Assembly: GCA_964016885.1 (NCBI GenBank)
Contig: OZ024743.1
Location: 70,370,001 to 70,434,000, forward strand
Length of the DNA: 64,000 bases
Direction of reading: 5' to 3'
Origin: Eledone cirrhosa
Lineage: Eukaryota
Notes under the pieces: model-generated
Told to the model about the DNA's origin: nothing
Databases searched by the model: none
The model's input: only the letters and a program-made list of their open reading frames with translations
Position numbers and translations under genes: made by a program
Part shown: piece by piece, positions 51,484-64,000 of the stretch
Layout: the number at the start of each line of letters is the position of its first letter
How positions within the stretch are numbered: position 1 is the first letter of the stretch

Positions 51484-52844
51484 ATTCCTTGAATCTCAGT
51501 CATTGATGTTGGTTAACTGGAAAGTCCGTTGGAATGAATATCAAGCCATTACCTGCAGCCTCAGATACTCAGGACATATCGGAGGGTTCTTGCTGTTCCA
51601 AGCAAGCATGCCTTTTGAAGCGTTCCAAAAAGCGTGAAGGGGCCGATTTTCTTTAACCATCCCTGGAAACTTTTGGAGATAGTCCCCAGTGCGCCTATGA
51701 CAATCGGGATCACTTTGACTTCATGGCAGTTCCAAATCCTTTTCACCTCCCACTTTAGGTCCTGGTATCGGTTAATTTTCTCCCTCTCCTTCTCTTGCAC
51801 TCTCGTGTCGAAAGGGCAGGCCACATCCACAATCAGACACGATCTTTTTTCTTTGTCCACAACCACCAGGTCAGGTCTATTGTGTTCCAGTTTTTTGTCC
51901 GCCTGTATCCTAAAATCCCACAGCACCTTCACCTGATTGTTCTCCATCACCGCCTCTGGCCTATGCTCATACCATTTCTCAGAATGTGGTAAATTGTTTA
52001 CTTTGCACAGGTGCCAGTGGATCACCCTACCCATCACATCGTGTCTCCAGCCCTTATAGTGGGTCTGGGCTAGGTGTTTACACTCGGACACAATGTGAGC
52101 CACAGTCTCCTCTCTCTCTCCACAGATCCTGCACAGTGGGCTAGCCTCCTCCTTGTAAATATGGTGCTTCAACCACTTCGTTTTGAGGGCCTGCTCCTGC
52201 GCAGCCATTAGCATTCCTTCTGTAGCCTTTTTGAGGTCTCCTCTTCTCAACCAGTTCCATGTCTGCGGATCTCTAAATTCAGTTTTCTCAAAGAAGGTAC
52301 TATGAAGGGATTTTCCCTTAAGGCTGCTCTTCCTCCTTGATGTTATTTCCTCCTTGGACATCCCCTGGCCTACTGTCCCCTCCTTCAGTACAGTTCTGAG
52401 CATTGGCTCCTTACTATAGGTCACGTATTTGTATAGGTTGTTTTTCTCCATCTGAACACAGTCCTCTATGCTGATAAGACATCTTCCATCTTCAGATCTC
52501 CTTAAGTAGAGTCTATCCACATCACTCCTCTTGTGGAACATGTTGTAGATAGTCAATAGCTTCCTAGTCTTCCTATCCATTTCTTTTTGTTCAGCAACAT
52601 TCCATCTCAGAATTCCCGCACTGTACCTAATAATAGACACAGCTCGGGAATTTACTGCGCTTATGGCATTTCTGCTGTTCAGATGTGACTTCAATACGCT
52701 CCTTACTCTCCAAATGTATTCAGTTCTTAACAATTTCTTCATGTTTTTGTTCTTTATGCCATCAGCCTCCAGAACGCCCAAATACTTGTATCCTTCCTCA
52801 GAGTCAATTTCCTTTATCATCTCACCTGTTGGTATCTGGATCCC

Positions 52845-52845
<1 letters not shown>
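51484..52845 (-). mobile_element. 5'-truncated R4/Dong-like LINE (copy A) with (TAA)n tail
   Basis: ORF 51561-52820: YKYLG, AAQEQ, CRICGEREETVAHIVSEC, RHD, RPDLVVVD..DVACP..EK, IGALG. Confidence 0.9.
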
Positions 52846-52920
<75 letters not shown>

Positions 52921-52923
<3 letters not shown>

Positions 52924-55427
52924 TCCCGTTCTGTTGCCAGTTGCAGTAGACGTCCGCCAAGAGGCCTCCGAACAAGTCTGGCATTTGTACGTAAAGTTCA
53001 TAGGGCAGGCCATCCAAACCAGGCGATATACCCATTGTGCAACCAGTCATTGCCTCCCGTACTTCAGCGGCTGTTATCGGCTTTTCGCAACACTCCGCCT
53101 CAGTGGCCGAAAGCCGCGGCAGTCCGTCAAGGTAGACACTAAAGTCCATCCCTTGATCCGGCCAGACTTGTTCGGAGGCCTCTTGGCGGAAGTCTACTGC
53201 AACTGGCAACAGAAAGGGAGAATTCCCTACTCTGTGAGCCGAGGAGCTGTGGCGCTGCTGAGAAAGGATCCGAACATGGGGTATAACATAGATAATTTTA
53301 GGCCCATAACTCTGCTAAACACAGAGTTCAAGATTTTGGCCAAGGTGCTAGCAAAGAGGTTGGCGCTTGTCGTTGGTGGTCTGGTGGGAGAGGCGCAGAC
53401 ATGCGCCATTCCCGACAGATCCATCCACGACAACCTCCACCTCATGCGATACATCGTAGAGAGGGTAGCTAGGGAACCTGGCACGGGTGGGTCCTTGATC
53501 AATTTAGATCAGTCGAAAGCTTTCGATAGGGTCGACCATCGTTACCTAGCGGCAGTCCTGGGTGCGGCTGGCTTTGGGCCCGTCTTCAGAGGCTGGATCG
53601 CTGCCATGCACAGCGACATCTGCTCTGTAGTGAGAGTGAACGGTCACCTTTCGGAACCGTTCAACCTCATGCGCTCGGTCCGCCAAGTATGTCCCCTCTC
53701 GTCCCTCTTGTACGTATTGACTCTCGAGCCATTACTGCACAAACTGGAGACGTTGAGGGGAGTCCCGCGCGAACTAGGATGCGGAAGATCCGTGTCAGCA
53801 TATGCTGACGATGTCACCGTAGTGGTGTCGAACGCCAAACACATCGAGGCGATCGGCACTACACTAAGAGAATACGAAGCGGTGACAGGAGCAATGATCA
53901 ACCAGGAAAAGTCAGTGGGCCTGCAGCTCGGCACCTGGAGAGGCAGGTCCATGCCGTCCAACAGCGTCGTCGGGCGCTGGACGGACGGACCGGTTAAATT
54001 GCTAGGGGTCTGGTTCGGTCCGGACCTCCAGACGGACAAAAACTGGGACGAGGTGACGAGCAGGGTGGCTTCTCTCACCCAGAAATGGGCAGAGAGGAAG
54101 CTATCCCTGAAAGGTCGAGCGGAGGTGGCTAACGCGTACATCGCGTCTGTCATCTGCTACCGCCTAACCGTCGTACCTTGTCCTAAGCCTCGCCTGACTG
54201 CGCTGGAGCGTTTGCTCTTTCGCTTTTTGTGGAAGGGACGTGCTCCGATGGTCAGGCGGTCCATCTGTTGTCAACACCCGCTACGTGGAGGGCTGGGCAT
54301 GCCGTGGCTGATGATGCGCAGGCACGCGCTCAGGCTACGACATCTCCACCTCTTCCTCGACGGTGATCAGGTGTGGTCGCCGTTTGCTAGACGCGTTTTT
54401 CCCCAGCTCGTTTCCTTGACGGAGCTGCAGTCCTGGGTCAAGCGAAGACCGAGAGGGAGCGCCTGGAGACTGGAATGTCTTCAGGCGCTCACAGCCCTCG
54501 ACCAATCGGGCAATGTGATCGGTGGAAACTCCACCTCGGCGTTCTATAGAGGATTAGTGGAGGGGAAGAGCGACGACGTACTTGGGGAAACTCTAGGCGT
54601 CGACGAAAATCAACTAGCCAATCTCTTCGGAAGAACTTTCGGGCCAGGGCCTATGGACAACTTCCAGAAATCTCTGGCCTGGCAGTGCTACCGAGGAGCC
54701 TTGCCAGTTCGGGATAAACTCTACAGGCATGGAGGTGCCGTCAGCCGGGCATGTCCGAGATGCGCGCAGGGCGACGAAACCGTCCTGCACGCACTCGTCC
54801 AGTGTCCGAAAATTGCTGACTTGTGGGTTTATGTCGAACACCTGCTGTCGCGTTTAGGACGGATCCAGCTATCATCTGAGTCTATCGTGAGGATTGCCCC
54901 GCCCTCCTCCTTTAGCCGGGAAGGGCAGGCAGTTTTTATCTGTCTGGTGGCCATGGCGAAAGAGATAGTATGGTGGACACGTTTGAAAGGGCTGAAGACG
55001 AGCACTTACCTCTTCGGTGATGCTCTGATTGACTTTTTCAAATTTCATTTGAAAAGGAAAATCAGAGTAGAGAAGGAAGTGCTCTCTTCCCAGCATTTTG
55101 TTGAAAGATGGGTGAGAGAAGCAAGAATGGCCCGAGTGAATGGGCCGACTCTGAGTATATATCTGTAAACTAAAGGTGGAAAACTGGGAGAGGGCACTTG
55201 CCTTGGTGGTCAGGGTCATTGTGGCTTTTTACTGGGCTTTCTCCACAAATGTCCCTCCGAAGTCTCCCCCCTATTGGGGAATTTTTCATTGTTATTTTCA
55301 TTGTTATTTTTGTTACATCCTCTGTTTTTGTTTTTTACACGCAGAAATGCCCATTTGTACCGTCCTGCATTGTCCTGCACTGTCCTTAATGTCTACTTTA
55401 TGTAAACCCTTGTGGTTAATAAAGAAA

Positions 55428-55429
<2 letters not shown>
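52921..55429 (+). mobile_element. 5'-truncated, 5'-inverted Tx1 copy 1
   Basis: Inverted 52921-53160, then sense RT to 3' UTR; nearly identical to 18727-21150. Confidence 0.92.
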
Positions 55430-55511
<82 letters not shown>

Positions 55512-55514
<3 letters not shown>

Positions 55515-58020
55515 TCCCGTTCTGTTGCCAGTTGCAGTAGACGTCCGCCAAGAGGCCTCCGAACAAGTCTGGCATTTGTACGTAAAGTTCATAGGGCAGG
55601 CCATCCAAACCAGGCGATATACCCATTGTGCAACCAGTCATTGCCTCCCGTACTTCAGCGGCTGTTATCGGCTTTTCGCAACACTCCGCCTCAGTGGCCG
55701 AAAGCCGCAGCAGTCCGTCAAGGTAGACACTAAAGTCCATCCCTTGATCCGGCCAGACTTGTTCGGAGGCCTCTTGGCGGAAGTCTACTGCAACTGGCAA
55801 CAGAAAGGGAGAATTCCCTACTCTGTGAGCCGAGGAGCTGTGGCGCTGCTGAGAAAGGATCCGAACATGGGGTATAACATAGATAATTTTAGGCCCATAA
55901 CTCTGCTAAACACAGAGTTCAAGATTTTGGCCAAGGTGCTAGCAAAGAGGTTGGCGCTTGTCGTTGGTGGTCTGGTGGGAGAGGCGCAGACATGCGCCAT
56001 TCCCGACAGATCCATCCACGACAACCTCCACCTCATGCGATACATCGTAGAGAGGGTAGCTAGGGAACCTGGCACGGGTGGGTCCTTGATCAATTTAGAT
56101 CAGTCGAAAGCTTTCGATAGGGTCGACCATCGTTACCTAGCGGCAGTCCTGGGTGCGGCTGGCTTTGGGCCCGTCTTCAGAGGCTGGATCGCTGCCATGC
56201 ACAGCGACATCTGCTCTGTAGTGAGAGTGAACGGTCACCTTTCGGAACCGTTCAACCTCATGCGCTCGGTCCGCCAAGTATGTCCCCTCTCGTCCCTCTT
56301 GTACGTATTGACTCTCGAGCCATTACTGCACAAACTGGAGACGTTGAGGGGAGTCCCGCGCGAACTAGGATGCGGAAGATCCGTGTCAGTATATGCTGAC
56401 GATGTCACCGTAGTGGTGTCGAACGCCAAACACATCGAGGCGATCGGCACTACACTAAGAGAATACGAAGCGGTGACAGGAGCAATGATCAACCAGGAAA
56501 AGTCAGTGGGCCTGCAGCTCGGCACCTGGAGAGGCAGGTCCATGCCGTCCAACAGCGTCGTCGGGCGCTGGACGGACGGACCGGTTAAATTGCTAGGGGT
56601 CTGGTTCGGTCCGGACCTCCAGACGGACAAAAACTGGGACGAGGTGACGAGCAGGGTGGCTTCTCTCACCCAGAAATGGGCGGAGAGGAAGCTATCCCTG
56701 AAAGGTCGAGCGGAGGTGGCTAACGCGTACATCGCGTCTGTCATCTGCTACCGCCTAACCGTCGTACCTTGTCCTAAGCCTCGCCTGACTGCGCTGGAGC
56801 GTTTGCTCTTTCGCTTTTTGTGGAAGGGACGTGCTCCGATGGTCAGGCGGTCCATCTGTTGTCAACACCCGCTACGTGGAGGGCTGGGCATGCCGTGGCT
56901 GATGATGCGCAGGCACGCGCTCAGGCTACGACATCTCCACCTCTTCCTCGACGGTGATCAGGTGTGGTCGCCGTTTGCTAGACGCGTTTTTCCCCAGCTC
57001 GTTTCCTTGACGGAGCTGCAGTCCTGGGTCAAGCGAAGACCGAGAGGGAGCGCCTGGAGACTGGAATGTCTTCAGGCGCTCACAGCCCTCGACCAATCGG
57101 GCAATGTGATCGGTGGAAACTCCACCTCGGCGTTCTATAGAGGATTAGTGGAGGGGAAGAGCGACGACGTACTTGGGGAAACTCTAGGCGTCGACGAAAA
57201 TCAACTAGCCAATCTCTTCGGAAGAACTTTCGGGCCGGGGCCTATGGACAACTTCCAGAAATCTCTGGCCTGGCAGTGCTACCGAGGAGCCTTGCCAGTT
57301 CGGGATAAACTCTACAGGCATGGAGGTGCCGTCAGCCGGGCATGTCCGAGATGCGCGCAGGGCGACGAAACCGTCCTGCACGCACTCGTCCAGTGTCCGA
57401 AAATTGCTGACTTGTGGGTTTATGTCGAACACCTGCTGTCGCGTTTAGGACGGATCCAGCTATCATCTGAGTCTATCGTGAGGATTGCCCCGCCCTCCTC
57501 CTTTAGCCGGGAAGGGCAGGCAGTTTTTATCTGTCTGGTGGCCATGGCGAAAGAGATAGTATGGTGGACACGTTTGAAAGGGCTGAAGACGAGCACTTAC
57601 CTCTTCGGTGATGCTCTGATTGACTTTTTCAAATTTCATTTGAAAAGGAAAATCAGAGTAGAGAAGGAAGTGCTCTCTTCCCAGCATTTTGTTGAAAGAT
57701 GGGTGAGAGAAGCAAGAATGGCCCGAGTGAATGGGCCGACTCTGAGTATATATCTGTAAACTAAAGGTGGAAAACTGGGAGAGGGCACTTGCCTTGGTGG
57801 TCAGGGTCATTGTGGCTTTTTACTGGGCTTTCTCCACAAATGTCCCTCCGAAGTCTCCCCGCTATTGGGGAATTTTTCATTGTTATTTTCATTGTTATTT
57901 TTGTTACATCCTCTGTTTTTGTTTTTTTTACACGCAGAAATGCCCATTTGTACCGTCCTGCATTGTCCTGCACTGTCCTTAATGTCTACTTTATGTAAAC
58001 CCTTGTGGTTAATAAAGAAA

Positions 58021-58022
<2 letters not shown>
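55512..58022 (+). mobile_element. 5'-inverted Tx1 copy 2 (tandem, period 2591 bp)
   Basis: Same inversion junction ccttgatccg|gccagacttg. Confidence 0.92.
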
Positions 58023-58052
<30 letters not shown>

Positions 58053-58061
58053 GTTATTGTT

Positions 58062-60350
58062 ATTCCTTGAATCTCAGTCATTGATGTTGGTTAACTGGAA
58101 AGTCCGTTGGATTGAATATCAAGCCACTACCTGCAGCCTCAGATATTCAGGACGTATCGGAGGGTTCTTGCCGTTCCAAGCAAGCATGCCTTTTGAAGCG
58201 TTCCAAAAAGCGTGAAGGGGCCGATTTTCTTTAACCATCCCTGGAAACCTTTGGAGATAGTCCCCAGTGCGCCTATGACAATCGGGATCACTTTGACTTC
58301 ATGGCAGTTCCAAATCCTTTTCACCTCCCACTTTAGGTCCTGGTATCGGTTAATTTTCTCCCTCTCCTTCTCTTGCACTCTCGTGTCGAACGGGCAGGCC
58401 ACATCCACAATCAGGCACGATCTTTTTTCTTTGTCCACAACCACCAGGTCAGGTCTATTGTGTTCCAGTTTTTTGTCCGTCTGTATCCTAAAATCCCACA
58501 GCACCTTCACCTGACTGTTCTCCATCACCGCCTCTGGCCTATGCTCATACCATTTCTCAGAATGTGGTAGATTGTTTACTTTGCACAGGTGCCAGTGGAT
58601 CACCCTGCCCATCACATCGTGTCTCCAGCCCTTATAGTGGGTCTGGGCTAGGTGTTTACACTCGGACACAATGTGAGCCACAGTCTCCTCTCTCTCTCCA
58701 CAGATCCTGCACAGTGGGCTAGCCTCCTCCTTGTAGATATGGTGCTTCAACCACTTCGTTTTGAGGGCCTGCTCCTGCGCAGCCATTAGCATTCCTTCTG
58801 TAGCCTTTTTGAGGTCTCCTCTTCTCAACCAGTTCCATGTCTGTGGATCTCTAAATTCAGTTTTCTCAAAGAAGGTACTATGAAGGGATTTTCCCTTAAG
58901 GCTGCTCTTCCTCCTTGATGTTATTTCCTCCTTGGGTATCCCCTGGCCTACTCTCCCCTCCTTCAGTACAGCTCTGAGCATTGGCTCCTTACTATAGGTC
59001 ACGTATTTGTATAGGTTGTTTTTCTCCATCTGAACACAGTCCTCTATGCTGATAAGACCTCTTCCACCCTCAGATCTCCTTAGGTAGAGTCTATCGACAT
59101 CACTCCTCTTGTGGAACATGTTGTAGATAGTCAATAGCTTCCTAGTCTTCCTATCCATTTCTTTTTGTTCAGCAACATTCCATCTCAGAATTCCCGCACT
59201 GTACCTAATAATAGACACAGCTCGGGAATTTACTGCGCTTATGGCATTTCTGCTGTTCAGATGTGACTTCAATACGCTCCTTACTCTCCGAATGTATTCA
59301 GTTCTTAACAATTCCTTCATTTTTTTGTTCTTTATGCCATCAGCCTCCAGAACGCCCAAATACTTGTATCCTTCCTCAGAGTCAATTTCCTTTATCATCT
59401 CACCTGTTGGTATCTGGATCCCGTTACTTCTGCTCAACCTACCCCTCCTCATCACAATGACTCCACATTTACCAATACCAAACTGCATACATATATCACT
59501 GCTGAAAATACGGACAGTGTCAACAAGCACATCCAACTCCTTCTCACTTTTCCCGAAGAGCTTAAGATCGTCCATGAAGAGGAGGTGATTGATGGTAAGC
59601 TCTCCCCTTCCCAACTTGTATCCTGCTCTCACTTTTCGCAGCATAATGGTCAAGGGCATCAGGGCAAGGACAAACAACAGAGGGGACAGGCTATCTCCCT
59701 GGAAGATACCTCTCTTGATCTTCACGCTTCCCAAGGATACTCCAGTTGATGTCAACTCTGTCTCCCAGGACCCCATACTCCTGCCCAGCAACTCTCTGAT
59801 GTTATCTGCCACCCTGAAGATCTCCAGGCTTTTGGTGATCCAGGAATGAGGCACCATGTCAAATGCCTTTCTGTAGTCTATCCATCCCATGGCAAGATCA
59901 GTGTGTCTCCTCCTGCAATTCCCCATTACCATCTTATCAATAAGCAACTGGTCCTTTGTACCACGTGACTTCTTTCGGCATCCTTTCTGTTCGTCCGGCA
60001 ACAAGTTGTTTGTGTGGAGGTGATGGTAGATTTCCTCAGACACAATGCTCGTCAACAGTTTCCACATTACGGGCAGACATGTGATAGGTCTATAGTTGGT
60101 AACATCATTACCCTTGATTCGGTCTTTCATTATCAGAACTGTGGTACCTTTTGTCAACCACTCTCGCACCTCACCCGACACCAAGCAGTCATTGAACATG
60201 GCCGTCAGCTTCGGGTGGAGGGATGTTAAATGTTTAATCCAATACCCCTGCACACCATCTGGGCCTGGTGATTTCCAGTTGGTCAGTTTTTTGGCTTGCC
60301 CCTTAAGAGTTTCAACTGTGATACTCAAATCAGTCTGTTGCTGTGCCTGC
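58062..60350 (-). mobile_element. 5'-truncated R4/Dong-like LINE (copy B), open RT + REL frame (58139-60328)
   Basis: WKSPGPDG, NYRPITCL, WIDYRKAFD, GIFQGDSLSP, HLLFMDD, CCHC and PD-(D/E)xK motifs. Confidence 0.92.
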
Positions 60351-60412
<62 letters not shown>

Positions 60413-60415
<3 letters not shown>

Positions 60416-62907
60416 TCCCGTTCTGTTGCCAGTTGCAGTAGACGTCCGCCAAGAGGCCTCCGAACAAGTCTGGCATTTGTACGTAAAGTTCATAGGGCAG
60501 GCCATCCAAACCAGGCGATATACCCATTGTGCAACCAGTCATTGCCTCCCGTACTTCAGCGGCTGTTATCGGCTTTTCGCAACACTCCGCCTCAGTGGCC
60601 GAAAGCCGCGGCAGTCCGTCAAGGTAGACACTAAAGTCCATCCCTTGATCCGGCCAGACTTGTTCGGAGGCCTCTTGGCGGAAGTCTACTGCAACTGGCA
60701 ACAGAAAGGGAGAATTCCCTACTCTGTGAGCCGAGGAGCTGTGGCGCTGCTGAGAAAGGATCCGAACATGGGGTATAACATAGATAATTTTAGGCCCATA
60801 ACTCTGCTAAACACAGAGTTCAAGATTTTGGCCAAGGTGCTAGCAAAGAGGTTGGCGCTTGTCGTTGGTGGTCTGGTGGGAGAGGCGCAGACATGCGCCA
60901 TTCCCGACAGATCCATCCACGACAACCTCCACCTCATGCGATACATCGTAGAGAGGGTAGCTAGGGAACCTGGCACGGGTGGGTCCTTGATCAATTTAGA
61001 TCAGTCGAAAGCTTTCGATAGGGTCGACCATCGTTACCTAGCGGCAGTCCTGGGTGCGGCTGGCTTTGGGCCCGTCTTCAGAGGCTGGATCGCTGCCATG
61101 CACAGCGACATCTGCTCTGTAGTGAGAGTGAACGGTCACCTTTCGGAACCGTTCAACCTCATGCGCTCGGTCCGCCAAGTATGTCCCCTCTCGTCCCTCT
61201 TGTACGTATTGACTCTCGATCCATTACTGCACAAACTGGAGACGTTGAGGGGCGTCCCGCGCGAACTAGGATGCGAAAGATCCGTGTCAGCATAGGCGGA
61301 CGATGTCACCGTAGTGGTGTCCAACGCCAAACACTTCCAGGCGATCGGCACTACACTAAGAGAATACGAAGCGGTGACAGGAACAATGATCAACCAGGAA
61401 AAGTCAGTGGGCCTGCAGCTCGGCACCTGGAAAGGCAGGTCCATGCCGTCCAACAGCGTCGTCGGGCGCTGGACGGACGGACCGGTTAAATTGCTAGGGG
61501 TCTGGTTCGGTCCGGACCTCCAGACGGACAAAAACTGGGACGAGGTGACGAGCAGGTTATCTTCTCTCACCCAGAAATGGGCGGAGAGGAAGCTATCCAT
61601 GAAAGGTCGAGCGGAGGTGGCTAACGCGTACATCGCGTCCGTCATCTGCTACCGCCTGACCGTCGTACCTTGTCCTAAGCCCCGCCTGACTGCGCTGGAG
61701 CGTTTGCTCTTTCGCTTTTTGTGGAAGGGACGCGCTCCGATGGTCAGGCGGTCCATCTGTTGTCAACACCCGCTACGTGGAGAGCAGGGCATGCCGTGGC
61801 TGATGATGCGCAGACACGCGCTCAGGCTACGACATCTCCACCTCTTCCTCGACGGTGATCAAGTGTGGTTGCCGTTTGCTAGACGCGTTTCTCCCCAGCT
61901 CGTTTCCTTGACGGAGCTGCAGTCCTGGGTCAAGCGAAGACCGAGAGGGGGCGCTTGGAGACTGGAATGTTTTCAGGCGCTCACAGCCCTCGACCAATCG
62001 GGCAATGTGATCGCTGGAAACTCCACCTCGGCGTTCTATAGAGGATTAGTGGAGGGGAAGAGCGACGACGTACTTGGGGAATCTCTAGGCCTCGACGAAA
62101 ATCAACTAGCCAATCTCTTCGGAAGAACTTTCGGGCCGTGGCCTATGGACAACTTCCAGAAATCCCTGGCCTGGCAGTGCTACCGAGGAGCCTTGCCAGT
62201 TCGGAATAAACTCTACAGGCATGGAGGTGCCGTCAGCCGGGCATGTCCGAGATGCGCGCAGGGCGACGAAACCGTCCTGCACGCACTCGTCAAGTGTCCG
62301 AGAATTGCTGACTTGTGGGTTTATGTCGAACACCTGCTGTCGCGTGTAGGACGAATCCGGTTATCAGCTGAGTCCATCGTGAGGATTGCCCCGCCCTCTT
62401 CCTTTAGCCGGGAAGGGCAGGCAGTTTTTATGTCTGGTGGCCATGGCGAAAGAGATAGTATGGTGGACACGTTTGAAAGGGCTGAAGACGAGCAGTTTCC
62501 TCTTCGGTGATGCCCTGATTGACTTTTTCAAATTTCATTTGAAAAGGAAAATCAGGGTAGAGAAGGAAGTGCTCTCTTCCCAACATTTTGTTGAAAGACA
62601 GGTGAGAGAAGCAAGAATGGCCCGAGTGAATGGGCCTACTCTGAGTATGTGTCTGTAAATTAAAGGTGGAAAACTGGGAGAGGGCACTTGCCCTGGTTGT
62701 CAGGGTCACTGTGGCTTTTTAATGGGCTTTCTCCACGAATGTCCCTCGGAAGTATCCCCCCTATTGGGGAATTTTTTCATTGTTCTATTATTACATCCTC
62801 TGTCTCTTGTTTTTTACACGCAGAAATGCCCATTTGTACCGCCCTGTATTGTCCTGTACTGTCCTTAAGGTCTACTTTATGTAGACCCTTGTCGTTAATA
62901 AAGAAAG

Positions 62908-62908
<1 letters not shown>
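60413..62908 (+). mobile_element. 5'-inverted Tx1 copy 3, mosaic (diverged after ~61220)
   Basis: Same inversion; the YADD tyrosine codon is a stop, and there is a later frameshift. Confidence 0.9.
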
Positions 62909-62949
<41 letters not shown>

Positions 62950-63298
62950 GTAGAGAGGGAAGTGCTCTCTTCCCAGCATTTTCTTGAAAGATGGGTGAGA
63001 TAAGCAAGAATGGCCCGAGTGAATGGACCTATTCTGAGTATATGCCTGTAAATTGAAAGTGGAAAACTGTGCGAGCGCATTTTCCCTGGTGGTCAGGGTC
63101 ACCATGGCTTTTTTCTTATGGGCTTTCTCCACGATGGCCCTCCCAGGTCTCCCCCCCCCCTATTGGGGAATTTTTCATTATTTATTTTGTTACATCCTCT
63201 GTTTTTTGTTTTTTTTACACGCAGAAATACCCATTTGTACCTTCCTGTACTCTCCTTAATCTCTACTTTGTGTAAACCCTTGTGGTTAATAAAGAAAG

Positions 63299-63299
<1 letters not shown>
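62950..63299 (+). mobile_element. Short, older Tx1 3' end in (ATT)n
   Basis: Diverged copy of the last ~350 bp. Confidence 0.85.
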
Positions 63300-63344
<45 letters not shown>

Positions 63345-63345
<1 letters not shown>

Positions 63346-63600
63346 CTCAGAGGGTCGTGCGGTTAGTGTCCTCAAACAATCCTTCTAGCGGGTCCTGTCA
63401 GAAGCAACAATCTCCAAATGACCCGGCTGGATCCCCAATCATGACCAGCCAAGTGCTCTACCCTAGGGTCTCCAGTCAGATGTTGTTGTTTTGCCGTAAA
63501 ATCTACCAAGCAATTCATTCCTGAGACATTCTAAGCACATGCCCATAGTATCGTAGGTGTGATCTCTCTATTGGGAGAAGGAGTGGCTCTACCTGGACGA
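63345..63600 (-). mobile_element. Decayed RTE-group LINE 3' end with (TAA)n tail
   Basis: LRYYGHVLRMSQE...LEIVASDRTR. Confidence 0.55.
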
Positions 63601-63759
63601 CCATAGACCTAAGGCCCTAAAAACATTACCTGGATGAATCTACCACCACAACGTTGCATTGAGTTCTATCAACATTATCTGCCCCACCAGCACTAACATA
63701 GCGTAATCCATAATAAAGGCTTATATGGATACATATATGTGTACGATATGTTGATGTAT

Positions 63760-63977
63760 AATGGTTTCTTATATAGGCACAAGTCCAGCAACTTTGGGGG
63801 AGGGGGAAGTCGATTAAGTCAACCCCAGTGCGTGACTGGTACTTTATTTTATCGCCCCCGTAAGGATGAATGGCAAAGTTAACCTCGGCGAGATTTGAAC
63901 TCAGAACATAAAGGGTCGTAACTATTGCTGCAAAGCATTGCGTCCGACCCTCTACAGATACTGCCAATCCACCGCCC
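63760..63977 (-). mobile_element. tRNA-derived SINE with Meta-like core
   Basis: ggcggtggattggcag head, gagttcaaatc B box, catcctt..gataaaataaagtacc core. Confidence 0.72.
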
Positions 63978-64000
63978 TGATATGTTTATGTATAATAAAC

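Noticed and set aside
52685-55168. 827-aa ORF (and 60096-61295) suggesting a fusion protein
   Set aside because: Chance read-through of antisense Dong, (TAT)n, the inverted segment and a truncated Tx1 RT.

Overview
AT-rich animal genomic DNA with no supportable host gene. It is made almost entirely of microsatellites ((TA)n, (CA)n, (CATA)n, (ATT)n) and retroelements. The SINE/LINE mix suggests an octopus or other cephalopod (inference). Large elements: an apparently intact Tx1-clade LINE (18727-24742, -), nested in the 3' UTR of an intact RTE LINE with three C-terminal C2H2 fingers (ORF 25148-28693, -), and an (ATT)n-anchored pile-up at 51.4-63.6 kb of R4/Dong-like LINEs and three identically 5'-inverted Tx1 copies. 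The most interesting signal is non-coding. The (TA)n tracts hold many small Penelope-type insertions built as an asymmetric inverted repeat plus a one-sided tail, and many carry type I hammerhead ribozyme (HHR) motifs. These include a 468-bp tandem retrozyme-like array (9022-10419) and a 259-bp tandem unit with a complete tRNA-like cloverleaf on a long stem and no recognisable ribozyme (1943-2759, second copy at 35.3 kb). All folds and alignments were done by eye, so coordinates may be off by a few bases.
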